DNA of 63,367 bases, counting the filler, from Asterionella formosa (taxonomy: Eukaryota): the NCBI GenBank assembly GCA_002256025.1. It is 6 parts of 6 records of this genome, joined end to end, with 100 filler letters (N's around TTAATTAATTAA, not from the genome) between each part and the next. Parts side by side here need not be neighbours in the genome. Positions count along the whole stretch, not along the records: positions 62,145 to 63,367 come from NKIB01003578.1; 5 more parts are not named here. One strand, 5' to 3'. Under the pieces are notes generated by a model. The model worked only from the letters and a program-made list of their open reading frames with translations, ran no database searches and had not been told where the DNA came from. How positions within the stretch are numbered: the first letter of the stretch is position 1; each line of letters opens with the position of its first letter. A program made the position numbers and the translations under genes. Below are positions 62,324 to 63,367 of the stretch, in pieces.

Positions 62324-63280
62324 GGGCCAATCTTAACAGAGATACAAAAATCAAAAAAATGTTGCATGGCCATGTTGCTTCCAGCAACACTTTTTTGTTC
62401 CTCCGAAATGTGCATCGGTGTGTATCGCTGCAGATACAGCGTTAAGCAACACTAATTTTATAAATTTAACATATGTTATGTAATTAAATTAACCAACAAA
62501 GACACCATTTTTATCTCTAACGGCAACAACAGAAATGAATTTTGGGAGGAGGGATTCTCAGCAGCAATTATTATTATCTCTAGCTACTCATGGAATAATG
62601 CTTTTCAACACTTGTAAACGACTTACGCAATGGCATCATTTGAATCTTAGGACAATGAAACTTACTCTGCAGCAAGGAAACAGGATGACCAGTGGGTTGC
62701 ATGTATCACTCCTGCTGATTTTTTCATTGACAACGAAGGGTCTTTGAGGACGATAAAAGACATGCTCATTCAACAGATATTGCTACAACAACTTCGTCGT
62801 ATTTGCATTCACTTTAAAATCGCCGGATACAGAAACAAAACAAAGATGATAATGATTACACTCATTAATAATTGGTTTAAGACTCTTGATCTTTGAGACA
62901 TGATGGGGTACAACAAAAAGTCATCAAAAAAACCAAAGAAGTATCTGAAAAGAAACGGAGCTCCGTTTACTCCTGAATCATCAACAAGGTTGTCTTCTCG
63001 CCTAAAGAAGTATCTGAAAAGAAAAGGCTCTCCCTTTACTCCTGAATCATCAACAAGGAAATCTCCTTGCCTACTACTATCAAAGCAACTTTCTTCTACC
63101 AGAGAAGATATTGCCAATGACTCAAGTACAGATTCCGAATCATCTCCTTCCCAATTGTCTTTACATCTCCAGTTCCTACTGATATTTTATTGGATGACGA
63201 TTGTAAAAGATCCCACCAGATTATTAAGAAACAGGGACGGCCTCCCGAGAATCAGAGGAAAAGAAATGATGCAACTGCTC
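62324..63280 (+). mobile_element. DNA-transposon end, copy 2, with decayed accessory ORF
   Basis: TTA|GGGCCAATC terminus. Homologous to 47860-48439 up to ~62870, then a Lys/Ser-rich ORF with duplicated KKYLKR.G.PFTPESSTR. Confidence 0.55.
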
Positions 63281-63367
63281 CCAAATTGATGCCGGCTGTA
63301 CAGCAATCGTGGCGGTTATCATTGGATGTACACAAGCTGTTGCGAATGCTGGGGATTCCCGAGCTGT
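63270..63367 (+). pseudogene. PP2C protein phosphatase fragment running off the window end
   Basis: The frame from 63288 reads DAGCTAIVAVIIGCTQAVANAGDSRAV (PP2C G[CST]TA...VANAGDSRAV). There is an in-frame TGA at 63267. Confidence 0.65.

Overview
Eukaryotic, almost certainly diatom, draft-assembly window: GT-AG introns, CoDi-type copia fragments, and several N-gaps carrying a TTAATTAATTAA linker. Seven probable genes sit in a TE- and satellite-rich background. They are two tandem paralogs of a membrane-anchored, Pro-rich FkbM-fold methyltransferase-like protein, a 622-aa hypothetical protein, a PiT/PHO4 phosphate transporter, a HAD hydrolase, a two-exon twin-CX9C (COX23-like) gene absent from the ORF track, and a 1662-aa membrane-bound NRPS-like enzyme (A-T-[TM/LbH]x3). 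Most notable points: (1) the COX23-like stop lies only 19 nt before the HAD start codon, a candidate bicistronic locus; (2) the NRPS-like gene is head-to-head with that pair and shares YGAATCTH (PSR-type) boxes with the PiT promoter; (3) a TTAA-linked array of Kolobok-like elements; (4) a complete TRIM with tRNA-like A/B boxes inside; (5) two ~190-bp satellites. All family assignments come from motif recognition by eye; no searches were run.
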